Assembly (NCBI GenBank): GCA_039917665.1 | Contig: JBDSJB010000104.1 | Coordinates: forward strand, 1-62,884 | DNA from: Candidatus Binatia bacterium | GTDB lineage: Bacteria > Desulfobacterota > Binatia > UTPRO1 | Length of the DNA: 62,884 nucleotides | Direction of reading: 5' to 3' | Translations under genes and position numbers: made by a program | Notes under the pieces: generated by a model | The model's database searches: none | What the model saw: only the letters and a program-made list of their open reading frames with translations | What the model was told of the DNA's origin: nothing | Part shown: positions 45,068 through 54,598 of the stretch, in pieces | Position numbering within the stretch: position 1 is the stretch's first letter | Layout: every line of letters begins with the position of its first letter

Positions 45068-47389
45068 TCAATCGCCCTTCTGGTCCAGGGCAGGAAGCGG
45101 CTGCACCTGGGCGAGCTGACGTGCGAGCGTCGCGGGGTCCGACGTGGGCGCCAAGCATCGGCCGCGCTCGCAGACGTAGGCGGTCGCAAGGCCATCGACC
45201 GCACGCTTCTCGCCGACAAAGGGCAGCGCGGCCTGTGCCGCGGCGAGCATCGATCCCTCGCGCGCCACCACGAACGCGCGGTTCGGGAGAAACGTGCTCC
45301 GCACGACCGCCTGCAAGGCGGTACTCCCCTCGTCGCCTTCGGCCGGCTCCACGATGACGATCTCGCGCGGCCGATCCAACAGCGCCTCGAGCACGCCGAG
45401 CAACCGCGGCGCGCTCGTCGGCACCCTCGTCAAGGCCCGGCCCAATGCACGGAGGCACTCGGTCGCACGCTGCCGCGCCCGGTCGTCGTCCCGGAACGTC
45501 GCCAAACGCAGGAGATTCTCGGCCGCGACGGCGTTGCCCGAAGGCAAGGCACCATCATCCAAAGACTTGGTCCGCGGCAGCCCCGAGTCGGTGTCGGCGA
45601 CGCTCGTCGTGAAGAAGCCGCCACTATCGTCGTCCCAGAACTCGTCCGCGAGCGTCGCATGGAGGGCTTCGGCTTCACGCAGCCAGCCCAGATCGAACGT
45701 CGCTTCGTAGAGATCCAGAAAGCCCGCGGCGAGAAACGCATAGTCGTCGAGGAACGCGGGTTGCCCCGCCGCTCCGCCCGCGTACACGCGCTGCAGCCGA
45801 CCCTGTGGTCGCAGGTGCGCAAGCACGAACTTCGCCGCCTCGATGGCGACGTTCACGTAGCGCGGCTCGGCGAGCGTCGCCCCGGCACGCGCAAATGCCG
45901 AGATGGCGAGGCCGTTCCACGCGACCAGAACCTTCGTGTCGACAAGCGGCGCCGGGCGTCGCGCACGCGCAGTGAGAAGCTTTTCACGACTGCCGGTCAC
46001 GAGCGTTCGGAATCGCCCCTGGTCGACTCCGAGCTCGGCCGCCACCACGTCCGAGTCGCGCGCAACGTGCAGCACAGTGCGACCGTCGAAGTTGCCGCTC
46101 GCATCCACCCCGAAGTACGCCCGCGCCGCAGCGGCGAGCTCCGCGGGCAAGACCGCGTCGACCTCCGCTGGCGTCCACGTGTAGAAGGCGCCCTCGCCCC
46201 CGGGATCGTCCGCATCGATCGCGGAGTAGAAGCCTCCGCCCGGTGCCCGAAACGTCCGCAACAGATCCTCGAGGATCCCGCGCGCGACCTCGGCGAAGCG
46301 TGGGTCGCCCGTCGCTTGCCGCGCGTTCAGATAGAGGCTCGCGAGCTGCGCATTGTCGTAGAGCATCTTTTCGAAGTGTGGGATCTGCCACGCTCGATCG
46401 GTCGCATATCGGTGGAACCCTCCTCCGATCTGATCGAGTATTCCTCCACGATCGAGCTGGTCGAGCGTGCGACGCACCATGGTCAAGGCAGAAGGCTCCT
46501 GAGTCCGGCGATGGTAGCGCAGCAAAAACTCGAAGCTCGCCGGCATCGGAAACTTGGGGGCTCGACCGAAGCCACCGAATGCTTCATCGAAGCTCGACCG
46601 ATACGCCGCGAAGGCTGCGTCCAGAACGGTCCGACCAGGGACGCCAGCCGCGGGTTCGACGTCCGCGAGCGCACGCACGCGCGCGGTCAGCTCACGCCCG
46701 CGCGCGACCAGACCGGCCGGATCCGCCCGATGGGCATCCGCGATTTGCCGCAGTAGCGAAAGGAAACCGATACGCGCGCCACGGACGCCGTCGCGCGGCG
46801 GGAAATACGTGCCGCCGAAGAACACCTCGCGATCGGGTGTCAGCCAGATAGTCATCGGCCAACCGCCGCCGCCCGTCATCAGCATCACCGCCTGAAGGTA
46901 CGTCGCGTCGACGTCCGGGCGCGCTTCGCGATCGACCTTGATGGCCACGTAGTCGGCATTCAGTCGTGCGGCGATCTCCTCGTCCTCGAACGACTCCTCC
47001 TCCATCACGTGGCACCAATGACAAGTCGCATAGCCGATGCTCAGGAGGATCGGCTTTCCTTCCGCCTTCGCGCGCGCGAACACCTCGTCGCCCCACGGGT
47101 ACCAGTCGACCGGGTTGTGCGCGTGCTGACGGAGGTACGGGCTACGCTCGAGGATGAGCCGATTGGTGTAGCGCGCACTGCCGTCCGGGCGCAGGTGGTG
47201 GGTCCGCGGTCGATACCCGTCGCCGAGCTCGGCGACGGCATCGCGGAGGCGCGCGACGAGCTCCGGGGACCGCGAGGACGCCCCCGGGAGCGGCTCGCTG
47301 GCCGACCCGTCCACGGCGTCGCGCGGCGCACACCCGACGAGCCCGGCGGCCACCAGCATCGCGATCACGGAGAGACGACGGAGGCGCAC
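45068..47389 (-). CDS. thioredoxin-fold DUF255/YyaL-like protein with (alpha/alpha)6-type C-terminal region, predicted lipoprotein
   Basis: GTG 47389 gives [20 protein letters not shown] (lipobox). [45 protein letters not shown]. The first 181 codons of the 954-aa track ORF are Arg-rich overlap and are rejected. Confidence 0.8.
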   Translation of the reverse strand: MRLRRLSVIAMLVAAGLVGCAPRDAVDGSASEPLPGASSRSPELVARLRDAVAELGDGYRPRTHHLRPDGSARYTNRLILERSPYLRQHAHNPVDWYPWGDEVFARAKAEGKPILLSIGYATCHWCHVMEEESFEDEEIAARLNADYVAIKVDREARPDVDATYLQAVMLMTGGGGWPMTIWLTPDREVFFGGTYFPPRDGVRGARIGFLSLLRQIADAHRADPAGLVARGRELTARVRALADVEPAAGVPGRTVLDAAFAAYRSSFDEAFGGFGRAPKFPMPASFEFLLRYHRRTQEPSALTMVRRTLDQLDRGGILDQIGGGFHRYATDRAWQIPHFEKMLYDNAQLASLYLNARQATGDPRFAEVARGILEDLLRTFRAPGGGFYSAIDADDPGGEGAFYTWTPAEVDAVLPAELAAAARAYFGVDASGNFDGRTVLHVARDSDVVAAELGVDQGRFRTLVTGSREKLLTARARRPAPLVDTKVLVAWNGLAISAFARAGATLAEPRYVNVAIEAAKFVLAHLRPQGRLQRVYAGGAAGQPAFLDDYAFLAAGFLDLYEATFDLGWLREAEALHATLADEFWDDDSGGFFTTSVADTDSGLPRTKSLDDGALPSGNAVAAENLLRLATFRDDDRARQRATECLRALGRALTRVPTSAPRLLGVLEALLDRPREIVIVEPAEGDEGSTALQAVVRSTFLPNRAFVVAREGSMLAAAQAALPFVGEKRAVDGLATAYVCERGRCLAPTSDPATLARQLAQVQPLPALDQKGD

Positions 47390-47418
47390 CGATCGTCGCC
47401 TACACCGCCGTGAGTCGT

Positions 47419-48210
47419 TCAGCGATCCGGGAGCGCGGCCAGCACCCCATCCTCGAGCCAACGCAGCATCAGGGACCCGGCGGTCGCGGGGGCCTCTTCG
47501 GCCGACACGACCGACGCCAACCGCTCGCAGAGATCGGCGAACGTATCTCCGGTCACGACCGCGGCAAGCGCTATTCGCTCCGCGGCATCCATCGATACCT
47601 GAAAAACCTGGTCGCCCTGCCGCCAAACCCGGAGATGGGTCGTGCTGGGACGGATCTCGCTCGACGGCAGCGCGGTTTCGACGGCCTGCCAGATTTCGTG
47701 GACTGGCCAGGCCGCGTCGAGCGTCACGACGGCGGGCACGAGGCTGAGGCGAAGCGTCGTCCACTCGTCGGGGGGAATGCGCCGAAGCGCGTCGATCTCG
47801 AGCAGCGGCGCATCGGGGGCGTCGAACACCGCCAAGCGGGCCCACTCGAGACGGGCCAGATCGACGAGAAACTCCGGAGCCCCGTCGAGCGGCGCCTGGT
47901 CGAGAAACTCGGCGAACCGAGCCCCGAACCATCGCAAAGACGGCTGCGTGGACGGGTGCGCATCGATGTAGGCGTGCGCGGCGGCACCGAAGGCCTCGGC
48001 ACCGAGGAGCGCGCCGACGCGGGGGTAGTCCTCGGTCAGCACGTCGACGAGTCGCGCACGATACATGCGCGCGTAGACGGCCAACCGTTCCGCCGGAGAT
48101 AGACGGGCGTTGCCTTGGATCTCGTCGAGGACGGGGGGCGGGCCTACCGTCGCACGCGACCCCGCGATCGCCCGGAAGAGATCACGCTGCAGATCAGGCA
48201 GTCGCCGCAT
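47419..48210 (-). CDS. DUF2063 family protein (HvfC/BufC-like partner of DUF692 enzymes)
   Basis: LQRDLFRAI.., [35 protein letters not shown]. The start overlaps the DUF692 gene by 17 nt. Confidence 0.8.
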   Translation of the reverse strand: MRRLPDLQRDLFRAIAGSRATVGPPPVLDEIQGNARLSPAERLAVYARMYRARLVDVLTEDYPRVGALLGAEAFGAAAHAYIDAHPSTQPSLRWFGARFAEFLDQAPLDGAPEFLVDLARLEWARLAVFDAPDAPLLEIDALRRIPPDEWTTLRLSLVPAVVTLDAAWPVHEIWQAVETALPSSEIRPSTTHLRVWRQGDQVFQVSMDAAERIALAAVVTGDTFADLCERLASVVSAEEAPATAGSLMLRWLEDGVLAALPDR

Positions 48211-49039
48211 GATCTCGTACGACCTCGCGCTCGACGACGCGCGCCCGCTCGGCTTCCGCGACGAGCTCGGACCATTCGGGAATGTGCTCGTCCCATTCGA
48301 CGAGCGTCGACACGGGGCCGATCCGTTCGATCACCCATCGATAGAGCGCCCACACTTCGGCGCGGACCGGGGCATCGTGCGTGTCGAGCAGATGCGTTCC
48401 GTGATCGCTGTGCCCCGCGAGATGAATTTGTCCGATCCGATCGGCCGGCACTCCGGCGAGGTAGCTGATCGGATCGAAGCCGTGATTCATCGCGCTCACA
48501 TAGACGTTGTTGACGTCGAGCAGGACGGCGCAATCGCTCCGCCGCGCCACCTCCGCGAGAAACTCCCACTCGGGCATCGCCGACGCCGCATACGTCAGGT
48601 AGCTGGAGACGTTCTCGACGAGAATCTGGCGACCGAGACGATCCTGCACGCGCATCACGCGCTCCACCACGTGGTCGACCGCTTCTTCGGTGTAAGGCAA
48701 CGGCAGCAGATCGTGCGCGTAATGTCCCCCCACGCTGCCCCAGCAGAGATGGTCGGAGATCCACGCCGGCTCGACGCGGGCGGCCAGAGCCGCCAGCGCG
48801 TTGAGGTAGTCCTCTCGCAACGGATCGGCCGATCCGAGCGAGAGCGATACGCCATGCAAGACGACGGGCGCCAGCGCCCTGGCCTGATCCAGGACCCGGA
48901 GCGGTCGCCCGCCCCCCACCATGAAATTCTCCGAAATGACCTCGAACCAGTCGACGCGCGCGGTTCCCGCCTGCACCTCTGGAAAGTGCGTACTGCGAAG
49001 GCCCACGCCGTGGCCGAGGTACGGCAGTTGAATGCTCAT
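48194..49039 (-). CDS. DUF692/UPF0276 family multinuclear non-haem iron oxidase (MbnB/HvfB/BufB-like)
   Basis: ATG 49039. LGHGVGLR, WFEVISENF, HGVSLSLGS, ISDHLCW, LVENVSSY, LLDVNNVYVS, IHLAGH, LLDTHD, LVEWD. Confidence 0.85.
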   Translation of the reverse strand: MSIQLPYLGHGVGLRSTHFPEVQAGTARVDWFEVISENFMVGGGRPLRVLDQARALAPVVLHGVSLSLGSADPLREDYLNALAALAARVEPAWISDHLCWGSVGGHYAHDLLPLPYTEEAVDHVVERVMRVQDRLGRQILVENVSSYLTYAASAMPEWEFLAEVARRSDCAVLLDVNNVYVSAMNHGFDPISYLAGVPADRIGQIHLAGHSDHGTHLLDTHDAPVRAEVWALYRWVIERIGPVSTLVEWDEHIPEWSELVAEAERARVVEREVVRDHAATA

Positions 49040-49331
49040 TGCGTTCCGTCCGTTCTGCTCCGGTCCCTGTCCGTTTTCCACCTACTCCTTGCATACTGCG
49101 AACACGGTTCGTTGGATGCCGGACCGGGGCCACGCGTCGGGTCGAACCTCCGAATGGAGATCTAAAACTCCCCGGACCGCATTTTCATGTTGACAGCTGG
49201 GGGGCACTCCTGGTTCTCCGGAGTCAGCGAGAGCGTTTTCAACCAACGAGAGACCGATGCCGGCGACCCACGGGGTTCCCATAGCGCGCAACCTGCTGAA
49301 CGGCGCGCACGAGTCGGCCCAGCCGATTGGG

Positions 49332-49859
49332 ATGCCCGATCGAAGTCGTCGCCGCTCCGGATGGATGGCTCTGGCACAGGGCGGTGACGGTATCGCCTAT
49401 CGGGCTCTGCTCGACGATCTCGGGCCGGTCGTCGTCAAGTTTCTCGGTCGCCGCTTGCGGGATCGCCAGGATCTCGCCGACGCCTATCAGGACACGTTTC
49501 TGGCCATGCACCGTGCGCGTCACAGCTACCAGCCGCGGCGCCCGATCGAACCATGGATCTTCGCGATCGCCCGCAACGTCGCGGCCGACTACGGACGCCG
49601 TCACGTGCGGCGGGCGCGCCACGAGATCTTGACGGACGTGACCCCCGAAACCGCGAACGAGCCCGAGCGCGATCCCAGCACCCGGCTCGAATCGATCCTC
49701 GGCGCGCTTCCCATCCGGCAGCGCGAAGCCCTGCAGCTCCTCAAGGTGCAGGGCCTCACGGTGAACGAGGCGGCGGCGCGTGTCGGGACGACGCCAGGCG
49801 CGCTCAAGATCCGCGCCCACCGCGCCTACATCGCCGTCAGGGCCGCCTTTCGGAAGTGA
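49332..49859 (+). CDS. ECF-type RNA polymerase sigma factor
   Basis: Region 2: DLADAYQDTFLAMHRARHSY..PWIFAIARNVAADY. Region 4: LPIRQREALQLLKVQGLTVNEAAARVGTTPGALKIRAHRA. The start is uncertain (ATG 49257, 49332 or 49365). Confidence 0.85.
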   Translation: MPDRSRRRSGWMALAQGGDGIAYRALLDDLGPVVVKFLGRRLRDRQDLADAYQDTFLAMHRARHSYQPRRPIEPWIFAIARNVAADYGRRHVRRARHEILTDVTPETANEPERDPSTRLESILGALPIRQREALQLLKVQGLTVNEAAARVGTTPGALKIRAHRAYIAVRAAFRK

Positions 49860-49942
49860 GCCCCGGCGCCGCCCCAATTGATCCCCCTTCGGCGAGTTGA
49901 TACCTCGGACCGAGACTTGGGAGCCGGGAGCAGGAGGGGTCG

Positions 49943-50539
49943 ATGGAGACGTTCGGAATGATGATCCGCGAGTACCGCTGGTTAGCGCTCGCCCTGCTGC
50001 TCGCCGCTGCCACTGCCACCGGCATCGTCAGCTGCGGTGGAGGAAGCAGTGGCGGTACGGACGGTGGCCTGTGCGAGCAATGCGGTCAGACCGACGGACC
50101 CTGCATCTCGCCAGCGCTCATCGTACCCGGTGCAAACGAGCCGGCCCCCTGCCCGACGGCTCCGCTTCCAGAAACCTGCGTCGCTCGCGAGCTGATCTGC
50201 CGCCGCGGCGTCGACACTGCGCGGCAGCGCTGCTACCCCGCCAACGCCAGCGGTACGGACGTCGATGCCGGCTTCCGATGCAAAGGGACGCGGCCTGGTT
50301 CCACGCTGGCACCATCGACCGCGACGCCATCGGCGGCGACGGCCGTCCCGACTCCCACCAAGACGGCAGACCTGAACGCGCTTTGCGGCGACGGCAGCAT
50401 TCAGGGACTCGAGCAGTGCGAGGGAAGCAACTTTGGAAGCGCCTCGTGTGCCAACCAATGCAGCGGTGACGGCACCGGCCGTCTGCAGTGTTTCGGCTGC
50501 CAGATCGATACGACCCTCTGCGACGGGCCCTGCCCTTAG
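49943..50539 (+). CDS. Cys-rich lipoprotein (17 Cys), function unknown
   Basis: GGAGG lies 5 nt upstream of the ATG; lipobox GIVSC. Cys pairs are scattered through the protein. The C-terminus LCGDGSIQGLEQCEGSNFGSASCANQCSGDGTGRLQCFGCQIDTTLCDGPC loosely resembles the Cys-rich repeat of the large proteins. Confidence 0.7.
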   Translation: METFGMMIREYRWLALALLLAAATATGIVSCGGGSSGGTDGGLCEQCGQTDGPCISPALIVPGANEPAPCPTAPLPETCVARELICRRGVDTARQRCYPANASGTDVDAGFRCKGTRPGSTLAPSTATPSAATAVPTPTKTADLNALCGDGSIQGLEQCEGSNFGSASCANQCSGDGTGRLQCFGCQIDTTLCDGPCP

Positions 50540-50717
50540 GTCTCGACGCGCTTTCGTCAACTTCCTGCGGCGTGAATGCCCTGCGCCGTAGGGACGCCAT
50601 CGCATTCCCTCGCTCCGGCAGCGTGCGCCGACACCACTTCGCGCCTTGATCTTCTGACAATTGCTACGATATGGTCCTATCCCGCAGGGCGCTTGGAGTC
50701 GTAAAGGAGGCGTGGAG

Positions 50718-50900
50718 ATGGAGCTGCCAAAGTGCCAGAAGTGCAATAACGGATTGTTGATACCGTTGTCTGACTATGGACAGGAGGGGGCAACCGTCGT
50801 CTTCAAGGCGTGGGTGTGCACCAATCCAGAATGCGGATTCTCGCTCCGAGTCGACAAAGGTGATGTGACCTACGGCAAGAAGATCGAGCACAAGCACTGA
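50718..50900 (+). CDS. 60-aa zinc-ribbon protein (CxxC ... CxxxxC)
   Basis: AAAGGAGG lies 7 nt upstream of ATG 50718. MELPKCQKCNNGLLIPL..AWVCTNPECGFSLRV. 53% GC by hand count, with A/T-ending codons. A textbook terminator follows. Confidence 0.65.
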   Translation: MELPKCQKCNNGLLIPLSDYGQEGATVVFKAWVCTNPECGFSLRVDKGDVTYGKKIEHKH

Positions 50901-50927
50901 GCACCGGCATTTCCCGCCCGGACTCGA

Positions 50928-50959
50928 GGAAGCGCGATGCCCTGCGCTTCCTTTTTTTT
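50928..50959 (+). terminator. canonical rho-independent terminator
   Basis: GGAAGCGC-GATGCCCT-GCGCTTCC followed by T8 (50952-50959). Confidence 0.85.
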
Positions 50960-50984
50960 CGCCTGCTGGCGGCTTCGGTACCCG

Positions 50985-52817
50985 TTAGATCGCCGCGACG
51001 ATCCGGGTGCCCTCGACGGCATCCGACGGCACGCTGACGAAGATTCGCGTGCCGTGATTGGGCCGCGACGTCACGCGGAACACCCCGCCGAAATGGGCTA
51101 CCCGCTCGCGCATCCCGATCAGGCCGAGCCCGACCGACCGCGGCGGCGTCCGGAAGTAGGCCTGGGAGTCGAACCCGACCCCGTCGTCGCCGATCTCGAG
51201 GACGATGGCGCGTTCCTCGAGCCCCAAGCGGACGTGGACGCGGGTCGCCTGGGCATACTTGACGACATTGATCATCGCCTCCTGGAAGATGCGAAACACG
51301 AGAAGCTCGAGCGCCGGCGCAAACCGCAGCGCGCTGTCGTCACATTCGATCCGGATCTGGATGTCGGACGTCGCTCGGTATTTCTCGGCCACGGACTCGA
51401 TGGCGGCGATGGCCCCGAAGTCATCGAGCGCGGGCGGATAGATCAGGTGCGACATCTGTCGCACGCTCTGCACGACGTCCAAGACTTGCGAACGGACGTC
51501 GCGCACGGCCACGCGCGGATCGGGCTCGAGCGAGGGCAGCTGACGTTCCAGGAGCGCCAAGTCGAGCTTGATCACCATGAGCGCCTGACACGTGCCGTCG
51601 TGGAGCTCGCGCGAGATCCGACGCATGCTCTCCTCCACGACATCGAGGCGCTTGTTGGAGAGTTGCTGCAACTCTGCCCGATGCTGCAGCACGAGCGCGT
51701 AGAGCCGCGCGTTGCCGATCGCCATCGCCGCACTGTTGCCGAGCGTCGCCGCGGTATCCACGAAGCTCGCTTCGAGCGGGCGCGAGTCTCCGCCAGCGTC
51801 CGCGAGGATCAGGCCGACGAGCTCAGACTGATACTGCAGCGGCAAGCGCAACACACGCGCTGGCGCCGCCCCGCTCGCGTACATGAGATCGCGCAGATCG
51901 TCGGCATCCGGCTCGAGCAGTGCCGGCCGTGCGTCGGAGGCGACGTTCAAAACGGATTCCCATCGGCCAGGGTCGGTCGTGAGCGGCCGGAGCGTCACCC
52001 GCTCGCCATCCGCCTCGGCCTGCAATGCCTGCAACTCGCCGTCGGGTGTCGGCCGCCATACCAGCCACAGGCGCTGCAGACGAAGCGCGTGCAGCACGCT
52101 TTGACAGACCCGCCACAGCACCTGCTCGATCTCGAGCGTGGCCGTGACCGAGCGGGTCACGTCGTAGACCATGGCGGCTTGCTGGTCGCGGGTGCGCGTG
52201 AGCAACAGACGCTGATGGAAGATCGCCCGGCGGTGGGCGTCGAGCAGGAGTGCCCCGATGCTCGAGCTGGCACCAGCACCGGCGACGCTGATGAGCGCGT
52301 ACGGCGGGGGCAACTCCCCGCGCACGCCGAGCACGAGCGCCGTCACGTACGCCCCGAACGTGAAGAAGACGAGTGGAATCTGCCACGTTCCCCACGGATA
52401 GATCAACGGCACGCCGGTCATGAAGATGATCAGCGCAAACGCCAAGGCGTCGCCGCTGGCACCGGCCGCCACGACGTATCCGGTGACACAGAACGCGATA
52501 GCACTGGTCACCACGCAGATGATGCCGACGATGTAGCGGTGCAGTCCGAGCCCGTAGATCGTACTCAGTCCGAGCACGCAGAGCACCAGCTCCGTCCCGA
52601 AGCTGTAGAGCAACGGCCGCGCGCGGTCGGGCCAGTACGAAATTTCGATGAGTCCCGCGATCGTCACCAAGGTGACGAAGAACACGATACCGCCGGGGAC
52701 GCGCCGCGCCATGATCCGACGTGTATCGGCCCGAAAGGCCTCGAGGACGTGGGGCTCCAATTCGTGGGCCATGGAGGGGTCGGTTGGGACGGTCGGCCAA
52801 TTGTCCAATGAAGTCAA
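50985..52817 (-). CDS. membrane sensor histidine kinase, GAF + HisKA_3 (NarX/LiaS-type) + HATPase
   Basis: N-terminal multi-TM region and a GAF-like segment. H-box ISRELHDGTCQALMVIKLDL; DDGVGFD; GLGLIGMRERV. No LuxR-type regulator is adjacent. The start is either TTG 52817 or ATG 52769. Confidence 0.85.
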   Translation of the reverse strand: MTSLDNWPTVPTDPSMAHELEPHVLEAFRADTRRIMARRVPGGIVFFVTLVTIAGLIEISYWPDRARPLLYSFGTELVLCVLGLSTIYGLGLHRYIVGIICVVTSAIAFCVTGYVVAAGASGDALAFALIIFMTGVPLIYPWGTWQIPLVFFTFGAYVTALVLGVRGELPPPYALISVAGAGASSSIGALLLDAHRRAIFHQRLLLTRTRDQQAAMVYDVTRSVTATLEIEQVLWRVCQSVLHALRLQRLWLVWRPTPDGELQALQAEADGERVTLRPLTTDPGRWESVLNVASDARPALLEPDADDLRDLMYASGAAPARVLRLPLQYQSELVGLILADAGGDSRPLEASFVDTAATLGNSAAMAIGNARLYALVLQHRAELQQLSNKRLDVVEESMRRISRELHDGTCQALMVIKLDLALLERQLPSLEPDPRVAVRDVRSQVLDVVQSVRQMSHLIYPPALDDFGAIAAIESVAEKYRATSDIQIRIECDDSALRFAPALELLVFRIFQEAMINVVKYAQATRVHVRLGLEERAIVLEIGDDGVGFDSQAYFRTPPRSVGLGLIGMRERVAHFGGVFRVTSRPNHGTRIFVSVPSDAVEGTRIVAAI

Positions 52818-52862
52818 GCCTCAAGCTTGCGAGGGCTGACCCCTTCCCCTATCGTCCCGGCC

Positions 52863-54017
52863 GTGAACTTCGACCTCACCCCGGAACAAGACATGCTCCG
52901 TCGAACCGTCCGCGAGTTCGCGGAGCGCGAGATCGCGCCACGCATGCTGGAGCTCGACGAGCGCGAGGAGTTTTCCTGCGACTTGACCCGCGCGATGGGC
53001 GAGCTCGGTCTCTTCGGCATGACGGTGTCGCCCGACTACGGCGGCCACGGGCTCGACTACCTGTCGTACATCATCGCGGTCGAAGAGATCGCGCGCGTGA
53101 ACGGCTCGCAGGCGGCAACGGTCGCCGCCGAGAACTCGCTCGGGATCGGGCCGCTCTATTATTTCGGTACCGAGGAGCAGAAGCGGCGGTATCTGCCCGA
53201 TCTCTGTTCCGGAAAATCGCTCTGGGGCTTCGGGCTTACGGAACCGTCGGCCGGCTCCGACGCGGGCGGCAGCAAGACGACCGCGCGCCTCGAAGGCGAC
53301 CGCTGGATCATCAACGGCAGCAAGATCTTCATCACCAACGCCGGCTCGCCGATGACGGCGGGCTCGACCGTCCAATGCGTCACCGGCACCCGCCCCGATG
53401 GCAGCAAGGAAATGAGCTGCATCATCGTCGACCAGGACACGCCCGGGTTCACCACCCGCCCCATGCACCGCAAGCTGGTGTGGCGCGCATCCAACACGGC
53501 TGAGCTCTACTTCGACAACGTTAGCGTCCCGCGCGAGAACCTGCTCGGCGAGCGCGGCAGCGGTTTTCGACAGATGCTGCAGACGCTCGACTCTGGGCGC
53601 CTCTCGATCGCGGCCATGGGTCTCGGCGGCGCGCAGGGCGCGTTCGAAGCCGCGCTCGCCTACGCCAAGGAACGCCAGCAATTCGGCAAAGCCATCAGCC
53701 AGTTTCAGGCGAACGCGTTCAAGCTCGCCGACATGGCCATGGAGATCGAGACGGCGCGCAACCTCCTGTACAAAGCCTGCTGGCTCCGCGACGAGGGTCG
53801 ACCGTTTCAGAAGGAAGCGGCCATGGCGAAGCTCTGGACGTCGGAGGTCATGCGGCGCGTGACACACGCCGCGGTCCAGATCTTTGGTGGCTATGGCCTG
53901 ATGGAAGAATACCCGGTCGCGCGGTTCTATCGCGATCAGCGTTTGCTCGAGATCGGCGAGGGCACGTCGGAAGTTCAGCGACTCGTGATCTCGCGCCTGC
54001 TCGGTTGCTACGACTGA
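52863..54017 (+). CDS. acyl-CoA dehydrogenase
   Basis: VNFDLTPEQDMLRRTVREFAEREI.., GLTEPSAGSD, QIFGGYGLMEEYPVARFYRDQRLLEIGEGTSEVQ. Start placed at GTG 52863. Confidence 0.9.
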   Translation: MNFDLTPEQDMLRRTVREFAEREIAPRMLELDEREEFSCDLTRAMGELGLFGMTVSPDYGGHGLDYLSYIIAVEEIARVNGSQAATVAAENSLGIGPLYYFGTEEQKRRYLPDLCSGKSLWGFGLTEPSAGSDAGGSKTTARLEGDRWIINGSKIFITNAGSPMTAGSTVQCVTGTRPDGSKEMSCIIVDQDTPGFTTRPMHRKLVWRASNTAELYFDNVSVPRENLLGERGSGFRQMLQTLDSGRLSIAAMGLGGAQGAFEAALAYAKERQQFGKAISQFQANAFKLADMAMEIETARNLLYKACWLRDEGRPFQKEAAMAKLWTSEVMRRVTHAAVQIFGGYGLMEEYPVARFYRDQRLLEIGEGTSEVQRLVISRLLGCYD

Positions 54018-54023
54018 GCGGCG

Positions 54024-54596
54024 CTACTTGATTACGCGCTGCACGGCCTTGAACTCGGGGATCTCGGCCGTCCGCAGCAACTCGAGCAACGCAGTTTCGA
54101 TCGTCGTCGCGATGACACCAGCCTTCACCATCTTGCCCCACCCGACGACGTAGTCCTCGGCACGACGCGAAGACGTCGCGTCGTACGCCACGTGAACCTG
54201 ATAACCGGCGTGCATCAGGTCGTGGGCGGTCTGATTCACGCACGCGTGCGCCTCGATCCCGACGATCAGCACCTGCCGCCGCCCGAGCTTTTCGAGGGCC
54301 GACATGAAAACTTCGGCGCCGCAGCAGCTCATCGTCATCTTCTGAATCGGTACGAGGTCCGGCGGAAAGTGCTGCGCGACCTCGGCGACCGTCGGACCGA
54401 CGCCCTTCGGATACTGCTCGGTCGCCAGCACGGGAACGCCGAGAATCTTCGCGCCCTGAATGGCTCGCGCCACCGCTGCGGCCACGCGGTCGTACTCGAA
54501 CAGCACCGACCGGTAGGCCTCTTGGACGTCGATCACGACCACGACTGCGGATGCCCGGTCGAGCAACTGGGGATGGCGTCCGCGCGAATCCGTCAT
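54024..54596 (-). CDS. isochorismatase-family hydrolase
   Basis: VVVIDVQEAY.., LIVGIEAHACVNQTAHDL (nucleophilic Cys present). Confidence 0.8.
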   Translation of the reverse strand: MTDSRGRHPQLLDRASAVVVVIDVQEAYRSVLFEYDRVAAAVARAIQGAKILGVPVLATEQYPKGVGPTVAEVAQHFPPDLVPIQKMTMSCCGAEVFMSALEKLGRRQVLIVGIEAHACVNQTAHDLMHAGYQVHVAYDATSSRRAEDYVVGWGKMVKAGVIATTIETALLELLRTAEIPEFKAVQRVIK

Positions 54597-54598
54597 GC

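Noticed and set aside
45068-47932. 954-aa ORF with a 181-codon Arg-rich N-terminal extension
   Set aside because: The extension overlaps the DUF2063 gene and has no protein-like composition. GTG 47389 gives a clean lipoprotein signal peptide right at the start of the conserved DUF255 region.
49100-49130. GG-N10-GC pattern (TGGCCC-CGGTC-CGGCA, minus strand) upstream of the DUF692 gene
   Set aside because: It lacks the TTGC core. Such GG..GC spacing is expected by chance at this GC content.
49082-49377. Small minus-strand ORFs upstream of the DUF692 gene (49082..49291, 49162..49377) considered as candidate RiPP precursors
   Set aside because: They have no signal peptide, no Cys-rich core and no SD. 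They overlap the ECF sigma 5' region, and the only short ATG ORF nearer the DUF692 start encodes MKMRSGEF.
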